Source: Octopus vulgaris
Taxonomy: Eukaryota
Assembly (NCBI GenBank): GCA_951406725.2
Contig: OX597820.1
Span: forward strand, 76,632,001 to 76,696,000
Direction: 5' to 3'
DNA: 64,000 bases
Notes under the pieces: model-generated
The model's database searches: none
The model's input: the letters and a program-made list of their open reading frames with translations, nothing else
What the model was told of the DNA's origin: nothing
Translations under genes and position numbers: made by a program
Shown: positions 27,258 to 41,331 of the stretch, one piece after another
Layout of the letters: every line of letters starts with the position of its first letter
How positions within the stretch are numbered: position 1 is the first letter of the stretch

Positions 27258-27689
27258 AAGTCAAAAATGCTTTATACCAAGCATATTCTCTGAAGAAATT
27301 TCTAAAAAATTTATATGTATCTGTATTTATATAGGTGGATGCATTTGAAATGAATTTATTAGAATGCTATGTCTGTATATAGAGGCTCTATTAAAATCTA
27401 TTAAACAGTAAAGTATAATGGCCTGTGAATCCTCTCCATACTAAAGCACATACAAACGCGTGCACGCCCGCTCACAAGCACTCACACGCATTAGATTATG
27501 CTTAAATTAAAATATAGCATTTAAAGCGATCATAGCCAGCTTAAATGTTCTACCTGTTTTATGTTCAAACTGGCCATATCTGATTTGTCGTACCTTCCCT
27601 ATAATGTCATTCTAGAAATAAGCAATCGCGTCAACGAAATCTCACAAGAACAAGATGAGGTATGATTAAATCAACATTATTTGTTATTT

Positions 27690-28090
27690 ACCAGTGCCTA
27701 TCCCTCATAGGAGGGTTTAGCCACAAGTACATACCAGGCATTCCATTAATTTTTCAGCTCAAAGAGGTGAGCCCCGTCCTGTGCTCGGATCAAGGCATAG
27801 AAAGCAACCCCCGATATCAGCATTGGGTCTCGGCAGCAGATGCTGGTTTACCCACGTCGCATCCTTACCCTTTCAGTAACATCAATTCACTCATCCGTCT
27901 ACAAACACACTCCAAGCTTTCCTATCGTTTGCAAACTATCTTGCTTCTCTCAGTCCATCACTTCTAACCATCAAAGCTTTCTTCACTCCATCCATCCACA
28001 CAAACCGAGGTCTACCATTTGTTCTGCTGCTTACCACTTCTCCCTTCATCATTCTCCTTACCATCCGCTCCTCATCCATCCTCTCCATTT
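27690..28090 (-). mobile_element. RTE-clade LINE 3' end
   Basis: MERMDEERMVRRMMKGEV..GRPRFVWMDGVKKAL..A.DRKAW is a typical RTE C-terminus. Confidence 0.85.
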
Positions 28091-28097
28091 AAAATGT

Positions 28098-28375
28098 TGC
28101 TGTTTGTTCCTTCCCGTGCAATGCCTGGTCCATAAGGGCCGGTCTCCCGGTTTCTTTAGCGTATAGTTTCCCCACCTGAATGGGAGGCCAGTCCATCGCA
28201 AATGAGCTGCTAGATACAGAAGGAAAAAGTGAGAGAAAGTTGCGGCGAAAGAGTCGGCACAAGTTCGCCATTTTCTTCTGTCGGAGCCACATGGAGCTTA
28301 GGTCAGGGATTCGAACCCATGCTCCCTCGGCCGCAAATGGCTGTTCTAACCACTTGGCCATGTGCTGCCACCCAT
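28098..28375 (-). mobile_element. tRNA-headed SINE related to 26945-27257, internally deleted
   Basis: tggccaagtggttagaac..gggttcgaatccc head; shared body and tail. Confidence 0.8.
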
Positions 28376-29269
28376 TCAAAATACTGTGAATATATAAACC
28401 TTACATATGACAGAGTAATCTCAATTCTAAAAGGTTTGGAAGATATTGTCATTCTAATGCATAAATAACATGGAAAAATAGAACTTTGAATTTATTTAGT
28501 ATGTATTCTCTGTAAATAACAGTAAGTAGTATGATGGTTTGCGTTCTACTCGTGGCCATTCCGTTTCATTGAATATTTTTCGATGGTAAGTGGGGATTAG
28601 CTTTCAATTTTGTGGAGATTTGACAGATATTTCTTGTACTTAAAGCAGTTCTGGAGATAGTTGGGTTGTAAATAAATAAATGAGTCATAGCTGCCGAATT
28701 TTTTTCTTCTTCTAAGTACATTCTAATCTAGGAAGTTCGATGCCGCGTGAAAGCAAGAATCACATGATATACATGTTCTACAGAGATCAGCTTTAATCTA
28801 GAATATACACACATAAGATATCAACGAATTCTCCAAAATAAAATATTATAAATTACTTTATTTTTTTAAATCAATACACAGATCTACTACAAACAAATGC
28901 AAAAATATGAATATGATATCAATGCCAGCATTTTTCCCCATTAGTTCTTCTTGTGCTGTGTATTTCCTCGTAACCCATTATTGAAGTATACGGATGTCAT
29001 TGTAATTTAGTGGTTTACTTGCCAGAACTGTGTAAAAGTGACAAGGCTATGATATAGTTCCTCTGTACTTTTATTTCTTTTGTTAAAATTGGAAATTTAA
29101 TTTCGTTCTTTTCATATCTTTCTATTTTACCTTTTATTGCTTAACTTTTATTTCTGTATTCCCATTGTGCGTACATTTAAATTTTAAATTTCTATTTCTA
29201 GTATGAGATTTTATACCGGAAATATATTTTTCTTTTGTCCGAAACGATACACACGCACACATACACACA

Positions 29270-29318
<49 letters not shown>

Positions 29319-29587
29319 CATACATACATATATATGTATATACATATATATATGTATATAATCTATAAATATATATATATACATATATACACTATATAAA
29401 TATATATATACATATATAAATATATGTATACATATATATATATGTTTATACATGTATATAAACATATATATATATATATACACATATATACATATATAAA
29501 CATGTATATATATATACATTCATATATACATGCATACATATATAAACATACATATATACATGGATATATACATACATACATATATAA

Positions 29588-29642
<55 letters not shown>

Positions 29643-30292
29643 TACACATATATGTGTGTGCGTGTGTGTATATTTTGGTGCTTTAATTGCATTTCCTATT
29701 TGTCCCAGCGTCCAAATACACAAGTTCACTGTTATCTCTATTTTGATTTATATATCTAGTGACTGAAGCATCTGACCGTTTTCCGTACGTGTTTCTCATC
29801 AATTCTCATCAATTCATGCCTACGTTCATATTAAACCGCAATGGTAGCTTTGTATTTTTCCCTAATGTTCCCGAAATACTAAATCAATAAAATGTTTAAT
29901 ATAATCAACTGTAACTCTCAAACCACTGAATACAGACAACACTCTTCTATATTAAAGCGCAGCATTGATTAATATCCGGCGTAACTTCACAAATATTTTG
30001 GTCAGTTAAATGGATTCATTACTTAAATAGTCTTGTAATATGGGAATGACAAATTGATGATGTGGCAAAGATGACTACGGCAGAAAGTGAGCTCGGTGTT
30101 TTACATTGTGTAACAAGATTTTTGTCCTTGGTTAGCAAGGGTTATTTCCGATTCACCAACCTCTAGAAATTGTGAATAAAGATTAATAATTTCTTCAAAT
30201 TTAGCTTTTGGTATATCTACTCCAATCCTAACGAATTCCCCACAACACGTGATTATGATGTTTCCCCATTACTCCTGCTGATGATCAGAGAA

Positions 30293-30352
<60 letters not shown>

Positions 30353-30698
30353 AAATCAAGTAGTCAGCGTGAAAAGCCTCATAAATATACTTAAGTGAAA
30401 AAATTGGTGGATATTTGCTCTTATGATGTCTTTCACGCTGACTACTTGATAACTTCTTTTAATTTTAAATTACATATATACATACATACATATATACATA
30501 TATATACATACGTAGATATATACATACATATATACATATATATACATACATTCATACATACATACATATATATACATACATACATATATACATATACATA
30601 TATACATACATATACATATATACATATATATACATACATATATACATATATATACATACGTATATACATATATATACATACATATTTATATATGTATA

Positions 30699-30989
30699 TA
30701 GTCATCGCCAAGCTAACATGGCAGCCCAGGAAAATAGGACGAATTCTGCCGTTGATTACCTCCAAAAGGCCATCGCCTCTAGTTAGCAATGTGATACACA
30801 AACCTGTGTCCATTACAATTTTCAAACAGAGGAGGTCAGCAGCTTCCAACTGCCCCCCCCCCCCATTTAAAGATTGTAATGGACAGATTTGTGTGTCACA
30901 TAGCTAGCTAGAGGCGATGGCATCGTGGAGCTAATCAATGGCAGCATTCGTCCTAATTTGCTGGACTCCCATTAGCTTGGCGATAACTA
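30699..30989. mobile_element. MITE-like element with ~125-bp imperfect terminal inverted repeats
   Basis: tagtcatcgccaagctaa..gtccattacaat pairs with attgtaatggac..ttagcttggcgataacta; TA at both ends. Confidence 0.85.
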
Positions 30990-31061
30990 TTAATATCCAG
31001 TACTGATGACGTAGTCTCCTTTAGAGAGAGTTAGAAATATTAAAATGTCTATTATGTATAT

Positions 31062-31290
31062 ATATAAAACACAAAATGGGACAAGAAAGCAAAACATCTG
31101 AACAGCTAGGTGATACAAATATGGGACAACATAACATCCAGATAGACGATACAAAGAAAACAAGAACGGGTCATTCGAAGTTTTCTTTCCTCAGTCAAGC
31201 ATCAGATTATCCTCGCAATTTCGACTGATTATTCTTGAGATTGTTCCAATCTGGCCAGCCCCAAAGAAAAACTTAGCTAAGAGCATTATA
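31062..31290 (-). mobile_element. Penelope-like terminal fragment in (TA)n
   Basis: CTGAGGA-AAG-aaaa-CTT-CGAA on the minus strand at 31174-31194; TA flanks. Confidence 0.4.
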
Positions 31291-31311
31291 TATATATATA
31301 TATATATATAT

Positions 31312-31628
31312 ATCACCGTCACCGTCACCGTGACCAACCAGGCTATCTGATGTTGTCAAACATCGCGGGTCACAATGCGCTTTGCATTGATTTAGCCTTC
31401 AAATGACGTCACCACGCTGGCTAAGCGGGCAAGCCAACAGAAGAAACAGTGAGCGAAAGTTGATGCGAAAGAGTACAGCAGGGATCACCACCACCCCTTG
31501 CCGGAGTCTCGTGGAGCTTTAGGTGTTTTCGCTCAATAAACACTCACAACGCCCGGTCTGGGAATCAAAACCGCGATGCTACGACCGCGTGTCCGCTGCC
31601 TTAACTACTGGGCCATTGCGCCTCCACA
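31312..31628 (-). mobile_element. tRNA-Arg-like headed SINE with (GGTGAC)n tail
   Basis: gtggaggcgcaatggcccagtagttaaggcagcggac head. Confidence 0.85.
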
Positions 31629-31650
31629 TATATATATATATATATATATA

Positions 31651-31830
31651 TTGGGAGAGTTTACGAAAAAAAAACAACGAAAGACGAAGACAGGTGGTGT
31701 ACAAAACAAACAGATGTATTAGTATTACGCTCAGGAATAGAAAAAGTCTTTTACGTTTCGAGCCTACGCTCTTTTACAGAAAGGGACACAGAAAACAAGG
31801 AGAGAAAAAAATGTGTGTAGTGGCTAACGA
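31651..31830 (-). mobile_element. Penelope-like terminal fragment with hammerhead-like motif (31748-31783)
   Basis: CUUU-CUGUAAAA-GAGC-guag-GCUC-GAAA-CG-UA-AAAG; both ends in (TA)n; same family as 63432-63600. Confidence 0.65.
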
Positions 31831-31842
31831 TATATATATTTA

Positions 31843-32460
31843 AGGCGAGCTAGCTGAAATGTTAGCAGGCCAGATAAAAAGCTTAGCAGCATTTCGTCTA
31901 TCTATACGTTCTGAGTACAAATTCCGTCGTGGTTGGCTTTGCCTTTCATCCTTTCTGTGTGTATCAAATAAGTACTGGTTGAGTACAGGAGGTCGAATTA
32001 CCCACTTCCCTGAAATTGTTGGCCTTGAACCAAGATTTGAAACCAATATCGATAATGTATTTTCAAAATGCAAACATTATTAATTTCAATCCCGAAAGGT
32101 TTCTCATCTTTTTTCCTGACAATGACGAATTTGAGTTACTCCGTTCCAAGTTAAGTGCTCGCATCCTGCCGAGATCAACTTTGCCGTTCTTTCCTTCGGG
32201 GGATGATATCAAGTATGTACCTTCATCGAACCTAAATTAGAAACAATTGCTAGACGACGACCTGACAGAATCGTTAACACGCGGAAGAAAATGACTTGAA
32301 GAATATTTTCCAATGCCTTACGTTAGAAGTTCTCTGCTTCGAACACATCATTTGCTTTTGTACTTTCGGGGCCGATGTAATAAAATGCCCATCAAATAGT
32401 GGGCCCGATGGTATCTTTTCTCCTCAATATTGTTGGTCTTGTGCCTAAATTATAAAGCAT
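31843..32460 (+). mobile_element. Three successive decayed Meta-like SINE copies
   Basis: Recurrent ctttgcctttcatcc/ttcgggg cores near 31940, 32180 and 32365. Confidence 0.7.
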
Positions 32461-32599
32461 TATTTTTTTGGTTGTTGTTATCGCTATCATCATTGATGGT
32501 ATAGCGTGATGTTATTCATCATTAATACTATCGTATTTGTTATTGCCTTTTCACGTACTTCATACAAAAATTTCATTACAACCAAGTGTTAAATTTTTC

Positions 32600-34200
32600 G
32601 TCCTGCAACATTTTCAATTCTGATGGTGTTTCACTTGCTATTAATTTGCTGTTTTGTCGGAATTTATCAGTCACTTTATAACAGTGTTTTTATGTTTGTG
32701 TATGTTGGAAATGTTCATCGTGTACAAAAACGTTTGTGTTGATTACATTCCATCAGAGTTTACTGTTTGTTTTTCACATAACTATTCTTGTATATTGATT
32801 ATTTCTCACATTTTGCGTAGATGGTATATGGACATGAAGGGATTTTTATGACAGCGTGCACGTTTATTCCCAGTAGTTTTCGATAGTGTTAATAGATTGG
32901 TTTGCATTTATCTGTTCTTCGGTTTGAATACGAAAGGTACAAGTGATTGTCCTCCTGCTACTGTGACAGGATGTTTATGTAGTGCATAGACGTAGTGCTA
33001 TCAGTTATATTTTACAGTATTGATATGTTTTATTGCCCACAGGGGGCTAAACATAGAAGGGAAAAACAAAGGGTTTAAGTCGACTATACCGACCCCAATG
33101 CGTAACTGGTACTTGTTTAATCGAACCCGAAAGGATGAACGGCAAAGTCGACCTCGGCGGAATTTGAACTCAGAACGTAGCGGCAAACAAAATACCTATT
33201 TTTTTACTACCCTCAAGGAGCTAAACACAGAGAGGACAAACAAGGACAGACCAACGGATTAACTCGATTATATCGACCTCAGTGCGTAACTGGTACTTAT
33301 TTAATCGACCCCGAAAGGATAAAAGGCAAAGTCGACCTCGGTGAAATTTGAACTCAGAACGTAGCTGCAGAAGAAATACCGCTAAGCATTTCGCCCAGCG
33401 TTCTAACGTTTCTGCTAGCTCGCCGCCCTATAGTATTGATATTTTGACAGATAGACATGGTCATCCACCAATTCAAGTGTCTGACATTATCTTTAAAATG
33501 AATGAACAGCTAGAAATCAGGTGACATATTTTGTATTTATACTGGCTGTTTTCTCTGTATTTGACATCGTCTTTTCATTTGTTAGTATTAGTGTTGTTAT
33601 TCTTCTACCTCGATTCATTCCTCATTGAGTACATGTATTATCAAAGGTTTTACAGGTGTGATTATCTTGCCGTGCACTTTACATTACCTCTAAGATTACT
33701 CTTCCAACTCTTTACCTTCTGAGTTCAAATTCCGCCGAGATCGACCACGCTTTTCATTCCTTCGGGGTTAATACGTTAAATGCCAGTTAAGCACTGCTGT
33801 TGATGTAACCGACTTACGTCTCTCCTAAGATCATTGGCTTTGTGCTATAATTTTAAATCATTCTTTATTGTGTTCCTTTCTTCCTAAGATTACTGTGTAT
33901 AATTTGTGAGAGATTTTATTGTTATTTCTAGCAAACCGGGTGATGAGGTACTGGACGGTTCCTTGTGGAAAATACCTCGACGTTAGATTCCTTAGCGGAC
34001 TCCCACTCAACTTAAGCAAGTACTGATTCTGCAATAAAAGAACTCGAGTCACATTACACATTATCACGAAGAATGTCCTTGTACATTTACTATATAGACA
34101 ATGTTATCTCCAAGTTAAACATTCACTATTCCATGTGTGTCTTTACATCTGTAAGTCAGTCTTCATGTACTTTTTTCTGAATTCATCTTACCGCTTCCCG
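32600..34200 (-). mobile_element. Possible highly decayed RTE-like LINE interrupted by SINEs
   Basis: Scattered minus-strand peptides FPQG (~33965) and YRKLLGI..IYAKC (~32810-32885) in the expected order. Confidence 0.3.
33027..33431 (-). mobile_element. Dimeric Meta-like SINE with 11-bp TSD
   Basis: Two units; AGTATTGATAT at 33016-33026 and 33432-33442. Confidence 0.9.
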
Positions 34201-34380
34201 CTTAATTTGTGTAATGGGTGGAACAGTTTTCTTGGATAGCCGCGTTCTATTAGTCACACTAAAGTAATTTTGCCGCTATCAAATTAATTGTTATAGATTT
34301 TAGATTTTATATACTTCTCTATTTGTATGGGGCTCATGCTTTCTTTCTGCAGGGGTAATGTATTTGCTTTATAACAATGC

Positions 34381-34505
34381 ACTTTTCCATCCAGCGTTTT
34401 TCAGAATTACATGACCGTGGCTTGGTACATGCGATGACTTTCGATTTATGTCTGACAACCTACTCTAGGAATCAATCCTGTTTCTTTTGCTTTTTCTCTC
34501 CCCTA
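34381..34505. repeat. 125-bp segment duplicated at 40625-40749
   Basis: 123/125 identical by eye; AATGCACTT at 34376-34384 and 34505-34513. Confidence 0.95.
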
Positions 34506-35656
34506 ATGCACTTAGAAGTTGCCAATTTTTTAAAATCAAAATTCCTCTATTTGTTGCAAGACATTCAGTGTATAATACTAAAGTTCAACTTTTGTGTGAG
34601 ATAGATTTATGCAGTCTCATATTTTTGCCAATAAATTTAGCGTTTGTTATTTATTCGTCTCTTCTGTGTTATGTGTTTCCAAATGTATTACTCTTTTATA
34701 TATTGTATTGTGCTTACTTCATTTATGGTGATGCACTTATAATGTCATAAACAATTTATTATTTGAAGAAAACAGTGAGATCCTAAGGGAAGCCCTGACA
34801 CATAGATTTAGACTGAAGTTCATTTTACAGTGTTGTAATTTCCATGTAGAGATATTTATATAATCATATTCCATCTTTTTTATATTCGCCTAATCATACG
34901 TAAAGAATAAGAGTTATATATGACCACAGTAGAGGTTACTCAATGCATCATATATTTTGTGGTTGTGAGGAATACAAGAAAGAGCCTTGCCTGAAACAGC
35001 GAACACGACAATATGCCAGACCAACTTACTTTTCATGTCAATATACGTCTCATGTTTTATAGGCATCTCTAGGATATCAAATATATCACGAAGAACATAA
35101 ATTTATGGTCCCTCCTTTCGTAGATCATGAAAAAGGTACCAAATCGTATAACATAATTCGGTTTCAAAAGATATTTCTAACTTTGTTTCATGTCAGAAAT
35201 ATTCTTACTTTGCTGTATGTACGAAAGAAGATCGATGCAGAGTAGATGCCTAATATACACGTTTAATCGGTTTACAAAGTTACATAAACATTTCTATCAG
35301 ACAAGGCTGTTTGATTTAAATATTCCACATCTATTTTATTATAGTTTATAGCTGTTATATTCTACAAATGCTTTGGTTTTCTCCAAGTTTAGATCAGTAC
35401 CAGCTAAACATTGTCATCCATGCAGTAGCAGGTCTCCTATATTTTTCGGTTGACTGGCTGGTTGGTTTTGTCGGTTGATTACTGTGTAAATCGTTTTGCT
35501 CTACATTATTTGTATGACACAGGTATATTTTGTGAACAGCATTTTGAAATAGTTAATGTCCACTGACATCATTTCTTTATCGAATATTGACCAATACAAT
35601 TACTGTGCTAATTTTTCATGACTGTCATTATATTTCGTAGTCATTATTTGAGTACA

Positions 35657-36218
35657 GGAAGGCGTCGAGCTGGCAAAAACGTTAGCATACCGGGCAAAAT
35701 GCTTAGCGGTATTTCGTCTGCCGTTACGTTCTGAGTTCAAATTCCGCCGAGGTCGACTTTGCCTTTCATCCTTTCGGGATCGATAAATTAAGTACCAGTT
35801 ACACACTGGAGTCGATGTAATGGACTTAATCCGTCTGTCTCTCTTTGTTTGTCTTCTCTGTGTTTAGCTCCTTATGGGTAGTAAAGAAATAAGTATTTCA
35901 TATGTCGCTACGCTCTGAGTTCAAGTTCCGCCGAGGTCGACTTTGCCTTTCATCCTTTCGGGGTCGATTAAATAAGTACCAGTTACGCACTGGGGTCTAT
36001 ATAATCGACTTAATCCGTTTGCCTGTCCTCGTTTGTCCTCTCTGTGTTTAGCCCCTTGTGGGTAGTAAAGAAATAGGTATTTCGTCAGTCTTTACGTTCT
36101 GAGTTCAAATTCCACCGAGGTCGTCTCTGCCGTTCATCCTTTCGGGATTGATAAATTAAGTACCAGTTGCATACTTGGTTCGATCAAAAGTTTCGGACTT
36201 TTGCCAGGAGTAGAATAT
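35657..36218 (+). mobile_element. Trimeric Meta-like SINE flanked by a 14-bp direct repeat
   Basis: Three units (last truncated); ATTATTTGAGTACA at 35643-35656 and 36219-36232. Confidence 0.88.
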
Positions 36219-36350
36219 ATTATTTGAGTACAAATACAGCTTATACTATACATGTGATTACTTTTAGTATTCAGCGCTTTGTTTTGCATTGCAAACTACA
36301 AGCTAAATCTGCCTATTACTGCCTAAAATTATCTCCTTTTAACCTAAACT

Positions 36351-36664
36351 GGCACTTCGTTGGTTACGATCGCGAGTGTTCTAACTCATCTGGTCAACAT
36401 AAGAATCCGTTCGTGAAATTTACGTGCTAGTGGTTGAGCAGTCCATAGACACGTGTAATCCTAAACATAGTTCTTAGGAAGATTCAGTAACAGAGAATGT
36501 GAGAAGTTTCTCCCATTGAATTACAAATACAACTCTTTTTGCTCACTAAGTGGGCTGGTGCAATGTCAAATAAAGTGTCTTTCTCAAGGATACAATACGC
36601 CTAATGGGAATCGTGCTCACAAACTTACGACTGTGAGCCGAATATTATTAATTGTGCGTCTACA
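36351..36664 (-). mobile_element. Decayed Nin-like SINE
   Basis: Matches 55855-56174. Confidence 0.75.
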
Positions 36665-36744
36665 CCTTGTTAATATATTGCTACGGTTAAACTATCGTTT
36701 GTAATAAGGTTTTGAATTTAATTTTACTTGTCCATTTACATTAT

Positions 36745-36962
36745 TTTCTACTCTAGGCACAATGCCCGAATCATTTGAGGAGGAGGCATGTCGATTACAT
36801 CGAATCCAGTACGCAACTGGTACTTAATTTATCGACCCTGAAAAGATGACAAGCAAAGTTTACTTCGGCGGAATTTGAACTCAGAACGTAGAGACAGACA
36901 AAATACCACTAAGCATTTCGTCCGGTGTGCTGTGCTAACCATTCTGCCAGCTCGTCGCCTTA
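36745..36962 (-). mobile_element. Meta-like SINE
   Basis: ctggtacttaatttatcgacc..gaatttgaactcagaacgta. Confidence 0.85.
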
Positions 36963-38882
36963 CTTGTCCATTTACACAGACTGACATTTGCTTTATAAAT
37001 GATAATATATGTAGCTGGGTACTGTTTGACTCGAAGTCAACTAATTGGGCAGAACCTTATTCAAAGGCATTTCAGTTCTGTTAGATTTGGCTTTTGATAA
37101 CTTGCTTATCCAATGACTCCTTTATATATATGGCGGCTGCATATCTTTCATGGATATTTCACTGTTATTTGTAACCGTCCATTAATTACATAGAATCTTT
37201 CTCTTTGGATGTATTCATTAGTCACGAAAATAAAGTGATGTAAATAGACTATATTTACATTAGTAAGTGTTTACCTGTACGTCTCTTGATACAGATTCAA
37301 TCTGAGTTTAATCTCGTTTGCATAGAGAAGCTTCCCTGATATTTCTAGAATTTTCTTTGAATTCTTATCACTTCAAGTCGATAATACGAAGTGATATTCT
37401 GAATATTATCGACCGCTATAATCGAATTTCAAGAATTCGGCGAAGTTTTAAGTTTGTACAAGTGTAGGATGCTAACACGTTCTTCGGTGCTGAGACATAT
37501 CACGACATTACACTTTACAATTCCACATTGGACGTGATGTGGTCGCTTCACATACCAACGCCTTTTGTCTATTCAAAATCTGTTCGATTATCTTTTCTAA
37601 ATAAATACTTATTCAATTGTTCATTGCTGATCTTTAACTTCCTTCTGTTTATAACTTTGATTACAAAACATGTAGATATATTTCTATAGAAATATATTTC
37701 AAAGATGCTTTTTCTTTTACTTTATAAAGATACAATAATTCATGGAAGAAGCCAGTAGCTCAGGACTAGTTGCCAAGCTGGGGGAATTATACTGGTCTTG
37801 AAATATATGTAGAGAAAGAAGAATCTGTTATAAATATTTTACAACTGATGTGATCATGGACATTGTTCTTTTTGAGAGTATGCTTCCGAGATTTGCTTAA
37901 TACGGGATATTGCAAGATTATCAGAATTTCATCCGCTGTGAGAATTTTCTGGGTCTCATGAAGTTGGAACATCAGAGTAAGACGAAGGAGACACACTATG
38001 AAGAAAAATAGGTATAAGAATAGAATATAATAGGTATAAGAATTAAGGAAGAAATTTTTGAACTGGAACTATTCCGGATGATCATTTAATGAATTAGCCA
38101 CGAAATACTTTGACATTAAGAGAGTAAGCGTACCCCTTACTTGCACAAATCTATCGAAGAGCTTTATGTAGCTGTCACACTACTCATTGTGCTTTATGTT
38201 TAGCATGATTATTATGATCGTTTTCTAGATGAGGACTAAACTCTGCTTCTCTGGATCACGTTCTGATATATTTTTCACGTTTCCATTAATATAAAAACAT
38301 TACAAGGTGTATTTTGTTGTATTGTTATATAGTGGCCTTCATTCTGAAATTTGAAGACTAATGGCCATCATACTGTCTCTTTTACAAGCAAGCATATCAT
38401 ATTTGTGTCTATTTTGTGTTCTGACAGAAATAGATTAACTTCTATATTGAGCCAATGAAAGTGTAGCAAAGGTTTGCGATCGGTTCCGTTCACAACTACA
38501 TTGACGACGTGTTCAATGCACTGAGATTTTCAAGAAGTATTTAAAGCATCTTTCATCTGCATAACCAACGTTAGTTCTTTAAAAGATCATCTTATGCCAC
38601 CCGTATAGTTTCTTAATAAAGTGTACAACTTCATCAACTGAGAAGTGAACACACTTGTATGAATTAGCTTGATTTCATTTTGAGCCAACTGAATGAATGT
38701 TATTTTCTTATTCGATTCGATTTCATTTTCCTCACGTTGCCAATAAGGATTACAATTGCTAGCAGTACTGAAGGTGATCGCCTATTAGTTAAGGTGATGG
38801 GCTGGCTAAATATTATAAGTTCAATTCCTAGACTGGGCATAAAATTATGCCTTTGAGCCAAGCACGTTATTTTACATTGCTG

Positions 38883-38983
38883 TCTTCTTCTTCTTCTTCT
38901 TCTTCTTCTTCTTCTTCTTCTTCTTCTTCTTCTTCTTCTTCTTCTTCTTCTTCTTCTTCTTCTTCTTCTTCTTCTTCTTCTTC
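38883..38983. repeat. (TTC)n microsatellite
   Basis: Direct reading. Confidence 0.95.
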
Positions 38984-39954
38984 CAATCAGGACTCATGCC
39001 ATTAGCCACAAAGAATAATCTCTAATTCGCGCCTGCTCTAAGCTACTATGAATGCGTGTGGCAACTTGAAGATCCACCCACCACACGCGATAGACTGGCG
39101 GTTGCACGGGCGCGAAAGCTACGTTGTTATCCTCATTCCGTAATGGGTGCCTTTTAACGTGTGGAGAGCTGAACCATCCTGGGGTATAGAGGATTCGCAA
39201 TCTAGATTAGGGTCTGAAATTTTACCACACCATAGTGGATTACACCATGGTTCCTCTGCTTTGTGGCTCCTAAGGAGCATCTTCGTTCGAATTGCTGTGC
39301 CTCTGTTTTGTTTTGTCCTGTCAACGGAATTCCTGTTTTTTTCCTGAAGAGAAAGCCACAATATGGTACCCTTATTTAAACAGAATTTGGAAATTTGTGG
39401 CCTTCGAAACATGTGTAGAATGTAATAAAAGGTATTCTGTACAATCTTCGTTCAACTCCATTTATTTCATTCACTAATAATATTAAACTTCAATTATCCG
39501 CTCCAACGCACGGTTGCAACACCAAATGGTCTTATCTCCAACCGTGCTGTTTTCCGCTGTGATTTTTGCTACCCAGGTATCGGTTAAACCTTTGAATAAT
39601 CTGTTACAAGAAAATTCATCTTTCTATTTCAACAAATATATATATATATATATATTAGTAAATTGTTACGTGATCATCACTATCATCTATATTCTCGCCC
39701 ATGTTTGTATACACAAAGAAAGAGATAATATCGGAGAATGAAAATAAGGCCTTTCTATAATAAACATTTCACACATCCACATCTTATGTTTAAGTACTAC
39801 CTCGTATTTCTTTATGTCTTTGGTTCACACTTAATGAAAGTATTTTAGAAATTATATTAACGCTCGCAAAAAGATATTGGTACTGTACGACTAGTTGTAT
39901 TTTCTCTCAAGAACCTAAATTCTTACTTCAAATCAATTATTCTTTTATTCGTTT

Positions 39955-40335
<381 letters not shown>

Positions 40336-40624
40336 TAGAAATTATTATTATTAGCAAGTATAACAATACTGAATTTAATATATTCGCTTTGTACACACGC
40401 ATCATCAGGTTACTTTTGTTCAATGAGTGGAAACACTTGAAACTATGCATTTTCACAATCTTTTTCTGATCACTAACTGGTAAAATTTTGCATCGTTTTG
40501 ATGCATATGCTTTCGGCATAAATTCTTAGTTATTTAGATTTTTTTTTCATATTCTCAAGGTTGGCATCTTGCGTGTACTCAAACGCTCTCTCTGCCTTTC
40601 ACTTGAGTCTATAGGACACAAAAT

Positions 40625-40749
40625 ACTTTTCCATCCAGCGTTTTTCAGAATTACATGACCGTGGCTTGGTACATGCGATGACTTTCGATCTATGTCTGAC
40701 AACCTACTCTAGGAATCAATCCTGTTTCTTTTGCTTTTTCCCTCCCCTA
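40625..40749. repeat. Second copy of the 125-bp segment
   Basis: Same orientation, 6244 bp downstream of 34381. Confidence 0.95.
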
Positions 40750-41331
40750 GTATTTTTTTTTATTTATTAATTTTTTTGTGGGAGGTGTGGTTGAGGTCCT
40801 TTATGCTCAAACTAGTCTATTACATAGGTAATTCTTTTTTTCAAATTAGCTGCCATTTATAATTACAAAATAACCATGTATTCATTTTATAAATATAAAT
40901 ATACTTTCTGTGAAGCACTAATGAGGCTCTTTGCTGACTTGCATAACAGAACATACTAGAGATATTAATGCTTATGTTACATTCAGTATTGATTTGTAAT
41001 GAAAACATATCTACAGAGACATTACACTATTAGGGATGCAACCTTTTTCGTTATCATTTAACATTACCGTGGGTAGCTCTATTTAATGTACACCTTTTCG
41101 ATACATAATATCCAATTTTAGGTAAATTTAATTGCTATTTCGTATACATTACTCTAACACAGTGTCGTTATGAATGTTCATATTTTCATTAGTATTACAT
41201 AAAACTTTCAAGAAAACCTTTCTGTTAGACTTCGATGGTGCAGGGCATTTATTAATGCAACAATTTCTGTATTGCTTTTCAAAGTTTTAGCGATATTTGT
41301 ATCTCATTATTTAGTAACGATAATGTTTGTC

